Source: a virus (Duplodnaviria > Caudoviricetes). From it: 37,262 bases of DNA. The position numbers and the translations under genes are program-made. The notes below the pieces were generated by a model. That model saw nothing but the letters and a program-made list of their open reading frames with translations. It had not been told where the DNA came from and did not search any database. Each line of letters begins with the position of its first letter. Position 1 is the stretch's first letter. Location: the IMG/VR virus record IMGVR_UViG_3300038334_000121, positions 1 to 37,262 of that record. The stretch is one strand, 5' to 3'. Below, piece after piece: positions 18,248 to 27,400 of this stretch.

Positions 18248-19630
18248 CTATTTTAAAAGATTATTTTGAAATGAAAACAGAATTGCCTCAACAAATTTAT
18301 CGATTTCTTCTTCGGTTAAATTTGCTCTTTTAAGTACCATTTGATAACATATTTTTTCAAAGAGAACTATTTCTTGAAAATCGATATTTTCTTTATTATT
18401 GTAGCTTCGACCATGTATCATAGAGTTTCGAAATTCAACAATTTTATCAGTAAAATTTTTAAGGTTAATATTCTTAAACTTCTCATTTAAATAGTTGCTA
18501 TTATTAACCGTATGCAAAATTTTCTTTCTAAATGATAACTCACTATTCGATAAAAACTGGTTAATTTCACCAACTATTTGAAACTCATTATTGATAAAAG
18601 TATCCTTAGCTTCATCCAGTATTTTCTTTATTTTATTGCTTGCAGTAGTGAAATCATCATCAATTGACTTATTTACATCAGGATAAGTGCTCTTGAATTC
18701 ACTGTCAAAGAAAGAAAATAGAAATGGCAAATCACAATTCTCATAACCATTTACAAGATTGCTTATATGATTGAGATAAATTTTAGCTTCTAAGAAAAGA
18801 TCAATCAAATTTGAAAAACAAGGATGTATTTTATCAAATTCAAGTCGTTTATTAAGACGAGCTGGTGAAGCTAACGACCTATATTCCATACTTCCAAAAT
18901 TTAAGAATCCAGTTTTATTGAATTTCAATCTAAAATTTGCAGTTCTAAATCTAAAGTCCGAGATTCTAAAAATAAATTTAAGTAGTCTATAGATAGAGAA
19001 ATAGAACGAATTCAAATCATCAATGGAAAAAACAACATCATTGTGAAACTCAAATTGTAGAGCGCTTTTATAAGATTCGAGGTAATTGCTATCATCTGTG
19101 CTAAAACCTCTATGTACAGTGAAAGTATATTCGCAGTCATACCCTTGAAAATGAAACCTTCCTTTTTTCTCAAACAATTCATAATCCAAATCTGTTATTT
19201 GATGTTCGAAATTAATGAGATAACCTTCTGAATTTGTTTCCTGTTTAATTTCATCAAACTTGAGCGCTCTCTTTGGAGAAAAAAGCGCATTTATTACATC
19301 ACCAGTAAAAGTGATTATTTGCTTGAATTCACTCACGTGCTTTCCAAAGTTCGCTTTATTTAAACTGTCGAAAATTACATAGTGAGTAACTCTATAATCA
19401 ATATTATTATTTGAAGTTGATAAGTAATCGAAATAAAAACGCAAACTTTCACCATCTGTAGTAGTCGCATCTAAATATGGAATTTTATCTAGTTCACCAG
19501 ATTGGTGTAATCTAAATAGTGTCATGCCACTGAGTGATTTTTGTGGCAAGATCACACTTAATGAACTATTAGACTTATCAAAATAAAAACTACAATCAAA
19601 TGTTAAAAGTTTAAGATAGCCTCTCATCAA
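18248..19630 (-). CDS. ApeA-like HEPN-domain protein (candidate anti-phage RNase)
   Basis: C-terminal RxxxxH motif (FRNSMIHG), 460 aa, beta-rich N-terminus, very AT-rich; GGGAGG RBS. Confidence 0.72.
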   Translation of the reverse strand: MMRGYLKLLTFDCSFYFDKSNSSLSVILPQKSLSGMTLFRLHQSGELDKIPYLDATTTDGESLRFYFDYLSTSNNNIDYRVTHYVIFDSLNKANFGKHVSEFKQIITFTGDVINALFSPKRALKFDEIKQETNSEGYLINFEHQITDLDYELFEKKGRFHFQGYDCEYTFTVHRGFSTDDSNYLESYKSALQFEFHNDVVFSIDDLNSFYFSIYRLLKFIFRISDFRFRTANFRLKFNKTGFLNFGSMEYRSLASPARLNKRLEFDKIHPCFSNLIDLFLEAKIYLNHISNLVNGYENCDLPFLFSFFDSEFKSTYPDVNKSIDDDFTTASNKIKKILDEAKDTFINNEFQIVGEINQFLSNSELSFRKKILHTVNNSNYLNEKFKNINLKNFTDKIVEFRNSMIHGRSYNNKENIDFQEIVLFEKICYQMVLKRANLTEEEIDKFVEAILFSFQNNLLK

Positions 19631-19664
19631 ACTTTCCTCCCAATTATTAGAATTTCAATATTTT

Positions 19665-19735
19665 TGGCTTCCGTTTTTTAATTGCCACCCTGTACGGTAC
19701 CAATATTATATCAGATTCATATTAGTGGGGGGGAT
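19665..19735 (-). other. Candidate cos / packaging initiation region
   Basis: GC-rich island between HNH and terS; minus strand reads CCCCCCC...GGTACCGTACAGGGTGGC-AATTAAAAAACGG, resembling cos regions of HK97-like phages. Confidence 0.5.
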
Positions 19736-19737
19736 AA

Positions 19738-19778
19738 ATAAGTAGCATTCACCTATCAAATAAGTGAATGCTACTTAT
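19738..19778 (-). terminator. Strong hairpin after the protease gene
   Basis: 15-bp perfect stem ATAAGTAGCATTCAC (19738-19752) / GTGAATGCTACTTAT (19764-19778). Confidence 0.75.
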
Positions 19779-19787
19779 CAAAAAATA

Positions 19788-20984
19788 TTAGTTAAAAACT
19801 ACTGAAACCCCAAGTTGACTCACAATATTATCTATTTTAATTGTTAAACTAGTTGTCCCATCACCTGCGAAATTAATACCTACTAAGCCATAATTAACAC
19901 TTCGTGGATAGTATCTAACAAGAGGTCCACCACTGTCTCCACCTTCGAGTACTATTGAAGTTTCGATTAAATCATAGAAGTATTCACCAGAAATAGTTTC
20001 AGCTGTATCAACACTTAGTACTTGACCATATTGATAATTAGTTGTCACCCCATGAGATTTGACATTTGAACCTTCAACAACGTAGTCCAACCATTTAATG
20101 TAATAAGTACCACTTGATTGTCCAACTTGATGAATTTCGTTTGATACTCCCCATGCGTTTTGATCACTGAATGGTACAAATGCTGCATCAACTGTTCCAC
20201 CGAAAATTGAAATGTTTGCTTTCCCAATAAAAACATTACTGTTAGTGAACATTGAGTAATCATAAGGTGCAACATGCGAGTTCGTGACGATACCATTTAA
20301 ACCGTTTCTAGTTGCATTAAACCCAACAGTCCCATACCATTGATCAAACCATATAAAGAGAATTTTCTTTCTGTACTTAATCTTGTCTGCTGAATAAACA
20401 TAAGATAATAATTTTCTTTCTTCTTTAATTGAAATTTCAATCATATTTGAAGCGTAATCCTTATAAGTCAAATCGAGAAATGCAATGACTTCGAATGCTA
20501 ATTGAGAATCATTTACGGTTACTTTAAGTTTGTTTTCTGATTGATCTATCGATATAGCAGAAATTTTCAACTCAGTAACTTTTAGTAAATAGTCCCTCAT
20601 TAACTTCAATTCGATCAGAGAAAAAGCCTTTTCTTCAACAATATAACTATTTGCATTTACTCCAGCACTGTCCAAATGCTCCTGATAAGCTTTTACTAAT
20701 TCATCAAACGATAGCTTACTTGATATTTTAAGTCCTAAAACAATATCGTTTGATTCATTTAAGTATATGCCAGCATAGCTATTAATCAAATAATCATTAT
20801 CGCTACCCTGCCAAGTTGCTATATGATTATTGATCGTTAACGCTATGTCGGTATTCTCATAATTCTTAATTTCAGATAACTCATTTTCATTGTATGAATC
20901 TTTTGAATCACTTGCATTAATCACTGAGGCATTAAAAATGAAAAGCAATAATGCCAATAAAACTAAAATAATTTTCTTATTCAT
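19788..20984 (-). CDS. Secreted S1 (chymotrypsin-like, alpha-lytic type) serine protease with pro-region
   Basis: Signal peptide ending INA; catalytic triad in TNSHV, VDAAF and GDSGGP. Confidence 0.88.
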   Translation of the reverse strand: MNKKIILVLLALLLFIFNASVINASDSKDSYNENELSEIKNYENTDIALTINNHIATWQGSDNDYLINSYAGIYLNESNDIVLGLKISSKLSFDELVKAYQEHLDSAGVNANSYIVEEKAFSLIELKLMRDYLLKVTELKISAISIDQSENKLKVTVNDSQLAFEVIAFLDLTYKDYASNMIEISIKEERKLLSYVYSADKIKYRKKILFIWFDQWYGTVGFNATRNGLNGIVTNSHVAPYDYSMFTNSNVFIGKANISIFGGTVDAAFVPFSDQNAWGVSNEIHQVGQSSGTYYIKWLDYVVEGSNVKSHGVTTNYQYGQVLSVDTAETISGEYFYDLIETSIVLEGGDSGGPLVRYYPRSVNYGLVGINFAGDGTTSLTIKIDNIVSQLGVSVVFN

Positions 20985-21082
20985 TATTTACTCCTTCTCC
21001 TTTGTGTTTAGACATAAACTTCAAATTTATATCACGAAATATCACAACTACAGTGGGAAGCCAGTCAAAACCAAATTATACT

Positions 21083-21418
21083 TTATAAAAATAAGTCGAT
21101 TAATTCTTTGGTTCTTTTCCATTCAAACTTACAGTTTGCTAAAAAACTCACCCCTTCCTTTGTAATAGAGTAGTACTTTTTTTTTGGCAGATTATCATTT
21201 TTCACCCAATATGATGTGATATATCCAAATTTCTCTAATCGTTGAAATGTTGTATATAGTGTCGCTTCATTAAATACAAGACTATGATTAGTTCTGGTTT
21301 CAATTATCTTGTTTATTTTATACCCGTATAAATCTTCATTAGAAAGTATAGAAAGAATTATCTTCTCTGTATAACCTCTTAATGTATCACCAAAAATCAC
21401 ATTCTTGTTATCGCTCAT
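21083..21418 (-). CDS. PadR-family transcriptional regulator
   Basis: LRG...ILSIL...YGY...EATLY...RLEK.G...KKYYSIT.EG motifs. Confidence 0.93.
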   Translation of the reverse strand: MSDNKNVIFGDTLRGYTEKIILSILSNEDLYGYKINKIIETRTNHSLVFNEATLYTTFQRLEKFGYITSYWVKNDNLPKKKYYSITKEGVSFLANCKFEWKRTKELIDLFL

Positions 21419-22589
21419 AGACTATTCTTTCAATAACTCCTAAGAACTTGGTATGCATTAATGAGTACATAAACCCAATAATTGTAACAATAAGTGGTAT
21501 AAGAAGGCTAGTCCTGTTTTCGGATAAAAATAATAACAATATTTGAGATAATACTAAACTTAATATTACAAAACCGTATAATGAAAACCAAAATTTGAGT
21601 GAGAAGTTTTTAGTGCACAGTAAATATATTCCAACCGTAAAACTTCCCATAAATGCAATATAAATAGGTGTCATAGCTTGATAAAATCTGCCTTCGAGAA
21701 GATAAACCCAAAAGTGTGTAGAATCAATTAAGACTAAGTCACCTTGAAAATCAATACTTGGAATCAACTCATATACTTGTACGTTGCTGATCAAAATCAA
21801 AGCAAAAACGAAAATCAAAGTTAAAAATATAGATATGGTTCGACCAAATGAATATGTGGTTTTCTTAATTTGCTCTGACATAATTTTCGATTTAGGTTTG
21901 TTAATGCTCATCTTTGACATTTGATCATTTGACAGCAATTTTCTTTTTATAATAATTAGTGATAAAGGATAACCAATAACAAGTGATCCTATTAGCATAA
22001 TAAATATAAATATTATTATTACGAACCATAATGGTGATACTTTAGTTAACCAATCAATTATACTAATACTTTTAATATCTAGTAATAACCTGAAAAGTAA
22101 ATCCCAAACAATTATTGTAAAGGAAAAAATCAATAGACCCATACAATAACGTAACAGGTCGATTATTAATTTTGATCTTACATGTTTTGATTCCTCAGGT
22201 TCAACATTATCCTTCTGTCTATCATTTTCTTCCAACTTTGAAAGTTCAAATGTGAAATATATGAAAGCGAATGTAAGAAGAATATATCCCAATGGACTAA
22301 AGAAAAACATAAATATTGTACCAGTTAATACCACTACAGACAAAATCAAAAGATTTTTTTTATACCAACGCAATGGATTGTTCGTGATATCATTTAGTAT
22401 TGAAATAGCAAAACTACCAGTCAGCGAAATGGTTTCTTTATAGGCTTCCTCTTCACTCAACCCAGACGCAATAAGTTCGAGGTAACGTTCAGTTAGGTTT
22501 GATGTTATCTCATCAACAACTTCTTTTCTATTACTAAAACTGTATTGTTTAATCTCGTTATCTACAAATAATCTAATCCTGTTTTGCAT
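21408..22589 (-). CDS. Multi-pass membrane protein with N-terminal HAAS / permease-prefix-like domain
   Basis: EITSNLTERYLELIASGLSEEEAY..TI..TG motif followed by about 8 TM helices; GGAGG RBS before MQNRIRL. Confidence 0.8.
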   Translation of the reverse strand: MQNRIRLFVDNEIKQYSFSNRKEVVDEITSNLTERYLELIASGLSEEEAYKETISLTGSFAISILNDITNNPLRWYKKNLLILSVVVLTGTIFMFFFSPLGYILLTFAFIYFTFELSKLEENDRQKDNVEPEESKHVRSKLIIDLLRYCMGLLIFSFTIIVWDLLFRLLLDIKSISIIDWLTKVSPLWFVIIIFIFIMLIGSLVIGYPLSLIIIKRKLLSNDQMSKMSINKPKSKIMSEQIKKTTYSFGRTISIFLTLIFVFALILISNVQVYELIPSIDFQGDLVLIDSTHFWVYLLEGRFYQAMTPIYIAFMGSFTVGIYLLCTKNFSLKFWFSLYGFVILSLVLSQILLLFLSENRTSLLIPLIVTIIGFMYSLMHTKFLGVIERIVYER

Positions 22590-22617
22590 ATAATACCTCC
22601 ACAATTTACTCGGCATT

Positions 22618-22666
22618 TACCTAGCCTGCCTATGTAGATTATATATTGAATTATAATTGATGTCAA
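22618..22666 (-). promoter_or_regulatory. Consensus sigma70 promoter with adjacent palindromic operator (probable PadR site)
   Basis: TTGACA (22661-22666), 17 bp, TATAAT (22638-22643), then TACATAG-N5-CTAGGTA (22618-22636) over the start site. Confidence 0.85.
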
Positions 22667-22684
22667 TAATTACTATTGCTTTTT

Positions 22685-22966
22685 TTATTTAACCAAATTT
22701 CCATCATTATCAAATCTAACTTCTTTACTGAAACGTTTATGTTCTTTGTTGTGACACTCCCTACAAAGTAATTCCAAGTTATCTTGATTTAAACTTAGAG
22801 ATGCATCATATACATTATCAATTGAGAGTCTATCTTTATGATGGACTTCAATGCCAATTGCTCCACAACGCTCACATAGCCCGTTGACTGTCACAATCTT
22901 TAACTCACGAGCAGCTCGCCATGAATCAGACTTATAGAAGTTATGCAGAACCTTTGGCTTTTTCAT
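22685..22966 (-). CDS. Packaging-associated HNH endonuclease
   Basis: FYKSDSW, CERC, VHH and NLELLCRECHNKEH motifs. Confidence 0.93.
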   Translation of the reverse strand: MKKPKVLHNFYKSDSWRAARELKIVTVNGLCERCGAIGIEVHHKDRLSIDNVYDASLSLNQDNLELLCRECHNKEHKRFSKEVRFDNDGNLVK

Positions 22967-24080
22967 ATGCACCTTTAAGTTCAGCTGCTTTTGCTTCGAC
23001 ATGTTCCCAACGAACTGGTAAGTCTTCTCTGCCCATATGACCGTACTTAGCTAACTCCTGGAACTTCACTTTTTCGAACTCTAGCTCTTTACGAATGTTT
23101 GCAGGAGTGAAGTCAAAGTGTTGTTTCACTAAATCTAGTAATTGGTCATCAGATAACTTACCAGAACCAAAGGTATCAATTGAAACTGCGACTGGGTTTG
23201 CTACACCAATGGAATAGGACACACAGACTTCGCACGTGTCGGCCAATTCTGCCTCCACAAGGGCTTTTGCTACGAATCTTGCATAATAACTCGCACTGCG
23301 GTCAACCTTGCTTACGTCCTTGCCAGAAAAGGCTCCACCACCATGTTTAGCGTAACCGCCATACGTATCAACAATAATCTTTCTACCTGTTAATCCAGAA
23401 TCTCCATAAGGTCCACCAATGATAAATGCTCCAGTTGGATTGATTAAAATATTGATACCACTTAGGTCTTTACCTATCAGTGGTTTAAGTACTTCTTCGA
23501 TGATGATATCCTTTGCTAATGACAATGAAGCTTCTGGTCTTGTTTGTGCTGAAACAATAATCGTATCGTATGCGAATGGTTGACCATCAATATATCTTAT
23601 AGATACTTGGCATTTGCCATCTGGACCAAAAATGTGATTATACTTAGTTTTTCTAAGTGTATCTATTCCTTTGGATATTTCATGTGCAACCATAATAGGT
23701 AGTGGCATGAGTTCCGGTGTTTCGTTGCAGGCAAAGCCATACATCATGCCCTGATCACCTGCACCTTGTTGATGATCTACCGTTTCGTTTACACCTTTAG
23801 CAATATCGGGAGATTGTTTGGATATTTTTTCAAGTACGCAGAACTCATCTTTATATCCGATATCCTTAAGTACTTGTTTTGCTATTTCAGAATATTGAAC
23901 TGAAGCTATAGTTGTTACCTCACCAAAGATAACTACTAAGTCATCTTTGATTGCTGTTTCTACTGCTACTCGTGCGTTTTGGTCTTGTTCAAGGATAGCA
24001 TCTAGTATCGCATCACTGATTTGGTCGCAGATTTTATCCGGATGTCCACTAAATACTGATTCGCTTGTGATGATTTTCAT
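22941..24080 (-). CDS. metK: S-adenosylmethionine synthetase
   Basis: ESV..GHPDK, GAGDQG, PDGK and GGGAFSGKD signature motifs. Confidence 0.98.
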   Translation of the reverse strand: MKIITSESVFSGHPDKICDQISDAILDAILEQDQNARVAVETAIKDDLVVIFGEVTTIASVQYSEIAKQVLKDIGYKDEFCVLEKISKQSPDIAKGVNETVDHQQGAGDQGMMYGFACNETPELMPLPIMVAHEISKGIDTLRKTKYNHIFGPDGKCQVSIRYIDGQPFAYDTIIVSAQTRPEASLSLAKDIIIEEVLKPLIGKDLSGINILINPTGAFIIGGPYGDSGLTGRKIIVDTYGGYAKHGGGAFSGKDVSKVDRSASYYARFVAKALVEAELADTCEVCVSYSIGVANPVAVSIDTFGSGKLSDDQLLDLVKQHFDFTPANIRKELEFEKVKFQELAKYGHMGREDLPVRWEHVEAKAAELKGAYEKAKGSA

Positions 24081-24097
24081 ATTGTCCTCTTTCTAGC

Positions 24098-24121
24098 AAA
24101 AAAAAGAAGCTGATGAGCTTC
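24098..24121 (-). terminator. Intrinsic terminator upstream of metK
   Basis: Minus strand reads GAAGCT-CATC-AGCTTC followed by T8. Confidence 0.75.
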
Positions 24122-24146
24122 CCTAGATTGCTTAGAATGTTATTTG

Positions 24147-24443
24147 TTATTTTAGTGCTGCTTTTGGTAAGTAAGCTGTATATCTAGCATAATGATATCC
24201 TTCGCTTTCAACTAGGATACCAAAATCGAGTGAATCGGATGTTACATAGATACAGTGGAATACTTCATCTTGGTCACAATACATATGCTCAAGATTCTCT
24301 TTAATAAAATCGTAGTCGTTCAATGGATCCTTGATGAAGCATTCGAATAGGTCCTTATCAATGATGACTTGTTTTTCTATGACGAACTCATCATGTGGAA
24401 TGAGTTCTGATGATTTAGCTTTGCGTATAAAATTTGTTTTCAT
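24147..24443 (-). CDS. Conserved small hypothetical protein of mobile elements
   Basis: GILVESEGYHYARY C-terminal motif; AAAGGA RBS. Confidence 0.7.
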   Translation of the reverse strand: MKTNFIRKAKSSELIPHDEFVIEKQVIIDKDLFECFIKDPLNDYDFIKENLEHMYCDQDEVFHCIYVTSDSLDFGILVESEGYHYARYTAYLPKAALK

Positions 24444-24454
24444 GTCTTTATCCT

Positions 24455-24829
24455 TTAGTCAATCTTCCATGCAGTATAGACGCTTCTGTATGTGCAGTCC
24501 CAAGTATCCATGATAACGCCATCTTTACATACTGTAACATGTCCAGTCATTTTGAGGATGTAAGTTCCTTTTGGATATAAACCAGTGAAATCAGAACCCT
24601 TTATTCTTGGTTCACCTTTGACTGCCTTAAATATGAGTCTAGGCTTACCTTCGAAATACTTGTATAAGAACTCAGTATCTTTGTAGCTCTTAAACTTCCA
24701 GTCACGCTTGAGTTGATTCAGCTCGCGTCTGCATTCCATATAGTCTTTGTTTAAGGCAGTGCTAACTGCTCTCACTACACAATCGGTTGTTTTGATACCT
24801 TTAGGATGCGCATTGTATTCTATAAACAT
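24455..24829 (-). CDS. Hypothetical protein with DCVVRA...H...DG...DTWD motif (possible papain-like fold)
   Basis: TAATG-coupled to the upstream gene; candidate Cys/His/Asp triad. Confidence 0.65.
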   Translation of the reverse strand: MFIEYNAHPKGIKTTDCVVRAVSTALNKDYMECRRELNQLKRDWKFKSYKDTEFLYKYFEGKPRLIFKAVKGEPRIKGSDFTGLYPKGTYILKMTGHVTVCKDGVIMDTWDCTYRSVYTAWKID

Positions 24830-25257
24830 TACTTTGCCCATCCTTTGTTGAACCATTTCACTAGTTCTCTTGATGAGTCTGATTGAAAAACTGGTTTTTC
24901 AAATCCATCAAGTCTTTCGAATACCGTGTATCTTGAATCGTTCCACACACAATCAATTTGAACCACGAAAAGGTTATTGTTGTTTTCGATGTCTGCAATT
25001 CTGAAATCATCATAAAGTGGACCGTTAAGTGGGCAATTGTTCTTGAACCAGACATAACTAGTTTCAAGGTCAACCTTCCCACTTAATTTGATTTGCTTGA
25101 TGATGTTTCCCATCTTCTTTGTTTTGTTTGCTAGACTTGAATCTCTACAAAACCAATCGAACCACCCAGCTTCGATTTGAGTTTTGCTATCAGGTTTATC
25201 AAATTCACCTGTATTAAATCTTTGAATCCATTCTGACAACTTGATTTGTTTATCCAT
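24829..25257 (-). CDS. Hypothetical protein
   Basis: 142-aa ORF with GWFDWFC and WFKNNCP...YDDFR segments, behind promoter motif copy B. Confidence 0.7.
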   Translation of the reverse strand: MDKQIKLSEWIQRFNTGEFDKPDSKTQIEAGWFDWFCRDSSLANKTKKMGNIIKQIKLSGKVDLETSYVWFKNNCPLNGPLYDDFRIADIENNNNLFVVQIDCVWNDSRYTVFERLDGFEKPVFQSDSSRELVKWFNKGWAK

Positions 25258-25288
25258 TTTGTGACCTACTTTCTACCTTTTGGTATGT

Positions 25289-25328
25289 ATATATATCACT
25301 CTAAAGACCTTTTATATCAAGTCAATTC
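25289..25328 (-). promoter_or_regulatory. Conserved promoter-like motif, copy B
   Basis: GAATTGACTTG-N12-TTTAGAGTGATATATAT. Confidence 0.75.
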
Positions 25329-25343
25329 GACACTAAATGCTCA

Positions 25344-26555
25344 CTATAGTGATAAATTTTGAAAGTCATTTATCGTATCTAGTGATATCTTCTTACCCTT
25401 ACGGATCAGATAGCAGTTTTCACTTGATCCTTTATGTCTGATGTATCTTTTCACAATAACATCAACGAATCTTTCATCTAGCTCCATCAAGTATGCTTTT
25501 CTTTGAAGCTGATCAGATGCGATCATCGTTGATCCAGAGCCACCAAACAAATCTAAAACATGCTCATTGACTCTAGATGAGTTCGCTATTGCTCTACCAC
25601 ATAGTTCTAGTGGCTTCATGGTTGGATGTTCATCATTTCGTTTTGGTTTGTTGTATTCCCAGATGGTATCTTGAGTGCGGTCATCAATAAAGTAATGAGC
25701 TGCACCTTCTTTCCATCCATAAAGAATTGGTTCATGTCGCCAGTGATAGTCTTGTCTACCTAGTACCAATGCATTTTTAACCCAAACAAGACACTCAGCG
25801 AGTTTGAATCCTGCATTCTTATATGCAGTTCTAAAGTTGATGCCTTCCGTATCTGCATGACAGACATAGATTGCACCACCTTCTTTAGTTGCTTCAAACA
25901 TGTTTGTAAAAGCATCTAATAAAAAAAGATAGAAGCTATTGTCTTCCATCTTGTCATTCTTAATCTTTCCAGCTGTACCTTCATAGTCCACATTGTATGG
26001 CGGATCTGTGAAAATCATATCAATCTTCTGTCCATCCAGGAGTTTGTGAACATCTTGTTTCTTAGTGGAATCACCGCACATGACTTTATGATTACCTAAA
26101 TGGTAGATATCACCAAGTTCAGAATATGGTGTGTCACTGATTTCATCTGATGGGTCAAAGTCATCATCACTTGCATTATCTGGTACATCTGAATGTAGTT
26201 CCTCAAATCCGAATTGAAGCATATCCATATCGATATCTTCGAGTTCTTCTTCAAGCTTGCTGAAGTCCCATGTTGCAAGCTCTGCTGTCTTGTTATCTGC
26301 CAAACGAAAGGCCTTAATTTGCCCTTCTGTGAGGTCATCAGCAACAATGCAAGGAACACTTACTAATCCAAGTTTAAGGCTTGCTTTGAGCCTAGTGTGG
26401 CCAGCAATGATTACCAGATCCTTGGTGATCACAATCGGAACCTTGAATCCAAACTCTTTGATACTATTGGCTACAGCATCAACTGCTGCATCATTATTTC
26501 TTGGGTTGTTTTCGTATATTGACAACTCCGAGGGTTTCTTCATCACTATGTTCAT
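25344..26555 (-). CDS. ParB-N-terminal-fused N6/N4 DNA methyltransferase (beta class)
   Basis: NPR...FGF..PI...IAGHTR (ParB domain); TDPPYN, HPTMKP and LDLFGGSG motifs. Confidence 0.95.
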   Translation of the reverse strand: MNIVMKKPSELSIYENNPRNNDAAVDAVANSIKEFGFKVPIVITKDLVIIAGHTRLKASLKLGLVSVPCIVADDLTEGQIKAFRLADNKTAELATWDFSKLEEELEDIDMDMLQFGFEELHSDVPDNASDDDFDPSDEISDTPYSELGDIYHLGNHKVMCGDSTKKQDVHKLLDGQKIDMIFTDPPYNVDYEGTAGKIKNDKMEDNSFYLFLLDAFTNMFEATKEGGAIYVCHADTEGINFRTAYKNAGFKLAECLVWVKNALVLGRQDYHWRHEPILYGWKEGAAHYFIDDRTQDTIWEYNKPKRNDEHPTMKPLELCGRAIANSSRVNEHVLDLFGGSGSTMIASDQLQRKAYLMELDERFVDVIVKRYIRHKGSSENCYLIRKGKKISLDTINDFQNLSL

Positions 26556-27012
26556 TAATCCAGGTTTCCTCGCCTTTTTCTATGCGTTTGAGCATGATAT
26601 CTATTTCTTCTTTACGTTCGTTGAACTCACGTCCGAATTTGATAATTAATAAGTATTTGAGTGCATTAAAATCGGGGAGTGATTTCTTCTTGGTTTTCAC
26701 AAGACGTTTTTTCGTACCCGATGATGTTTCTTCAATGATGGTTTGTACTTCCTCATACTCCATACCAACTGCTCGTTGAAAGAGTGCATCCATGAGTTTA
26801 TACTTCAGTTCATCATCTCCATTAATAAATGCTTGATTTAACCTGGGATGCGAACGCTTCAATTTGATAAGAGTGTTCTCACTTACGTTCATGGCTTTGG
26901 CGATATCCTTTTGGATAATCCGCCTTGCTACCATGTCTTGAATACTTTTTATTCGTTCATCAAGTACTCCATCAGCCTCCCATTGCTGATATGTATCCAG
27001 TACCTTTGGCAC
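26494..27012 (-). CDS. HTH-containing phage protein, first gene of the late operon (terminase small subunit-like)
   Basis: QKDIAKAMNVSENTL HTH and ALFQRAVG.EYEE...PD..A motif; GTG start. Confidence 0.65.
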   Translation of the reverse strand: MPKVLDTYQQWEADGVLDERIKSIQDMVARRIIQKDIAKAMNVSENTLIKLKRSHPRLNQAFINGDDELKYKLMDALFQRAVGMEYEEVQTIIEETSSGTKKRLVKTKKKSLPDFNALKYLLIIKFGREFNERKEEIDIMLKRIEKGEETWINEHSDEETLGVVNIRKQPKK

Positions 27013-27093
27013 ATCGATTCCAACCTTTCAGGGTTCAGTAAATTTATCAAAAACTGAAGTTATCCAAGGGTTGAATACTACATTTTTTTCTGC

Positions 27094-27127
27094 AAAAGAA
27101 AAGAAACTCCCATATTTGAGAGTTTCT
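27094..27127 (-). terminator. Intrinsic terminator in the late-operon leader
   Basis: Minus strand AGAAACTCTCA-AATA-TGGGAGTTTCT then TTTCTTTT; the G-U pair forms only on the minus strand. Confidence 0.75.
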
Positions 27128-27170
27128 ATCTTCTAGGCCTTATTGAAAGCCAGTATTCCACGCTATTTGT

Positions 27171-27215
27171 AGTATATGCAATAAGTCAACTTTTGTCTAC
27201 ATGCCAGTGGCACAA
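27171..27215 (-). promoter_or_regulatory. Putative late promoter with 19-bp box TTGTGCCACTGGCATGTAG
   Basis: Box at 27197-27215 overlaps TAGACA, which is 17 bp from TATACT (27171-27176); identical box at 35940-35958. Confidence 0.7.
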
Positions 27216-27246
27216 TAATTCGTCAAAACCTTGATTTTAGACCTAT

Positions 27247-27335
27247 CACTTGATAACCACTTGCTGACCACTTGAACGTTAGTTGTTGCATTATTGACAA
27301 CCACTTGCCGTTACTGTTCACAAGTATTATCGGTA
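27247..27335. repeat. Array element copy 1: six 11-bp-period YACTTG-type repeats plus 22-bp core
   Basis: Hexamers start at 27247, 27258, 27269, 27280, 27291 and 27302; core CTGTTCACAAGTATTATCGGTA at 27314-27335. Confidence 0.9.
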
Positions 27336-27400
27336 GAACTGTATATTAATAAAATGTTTTACATGATATAATTTCTTTAAAACATAGGAGGAAACAAGAA

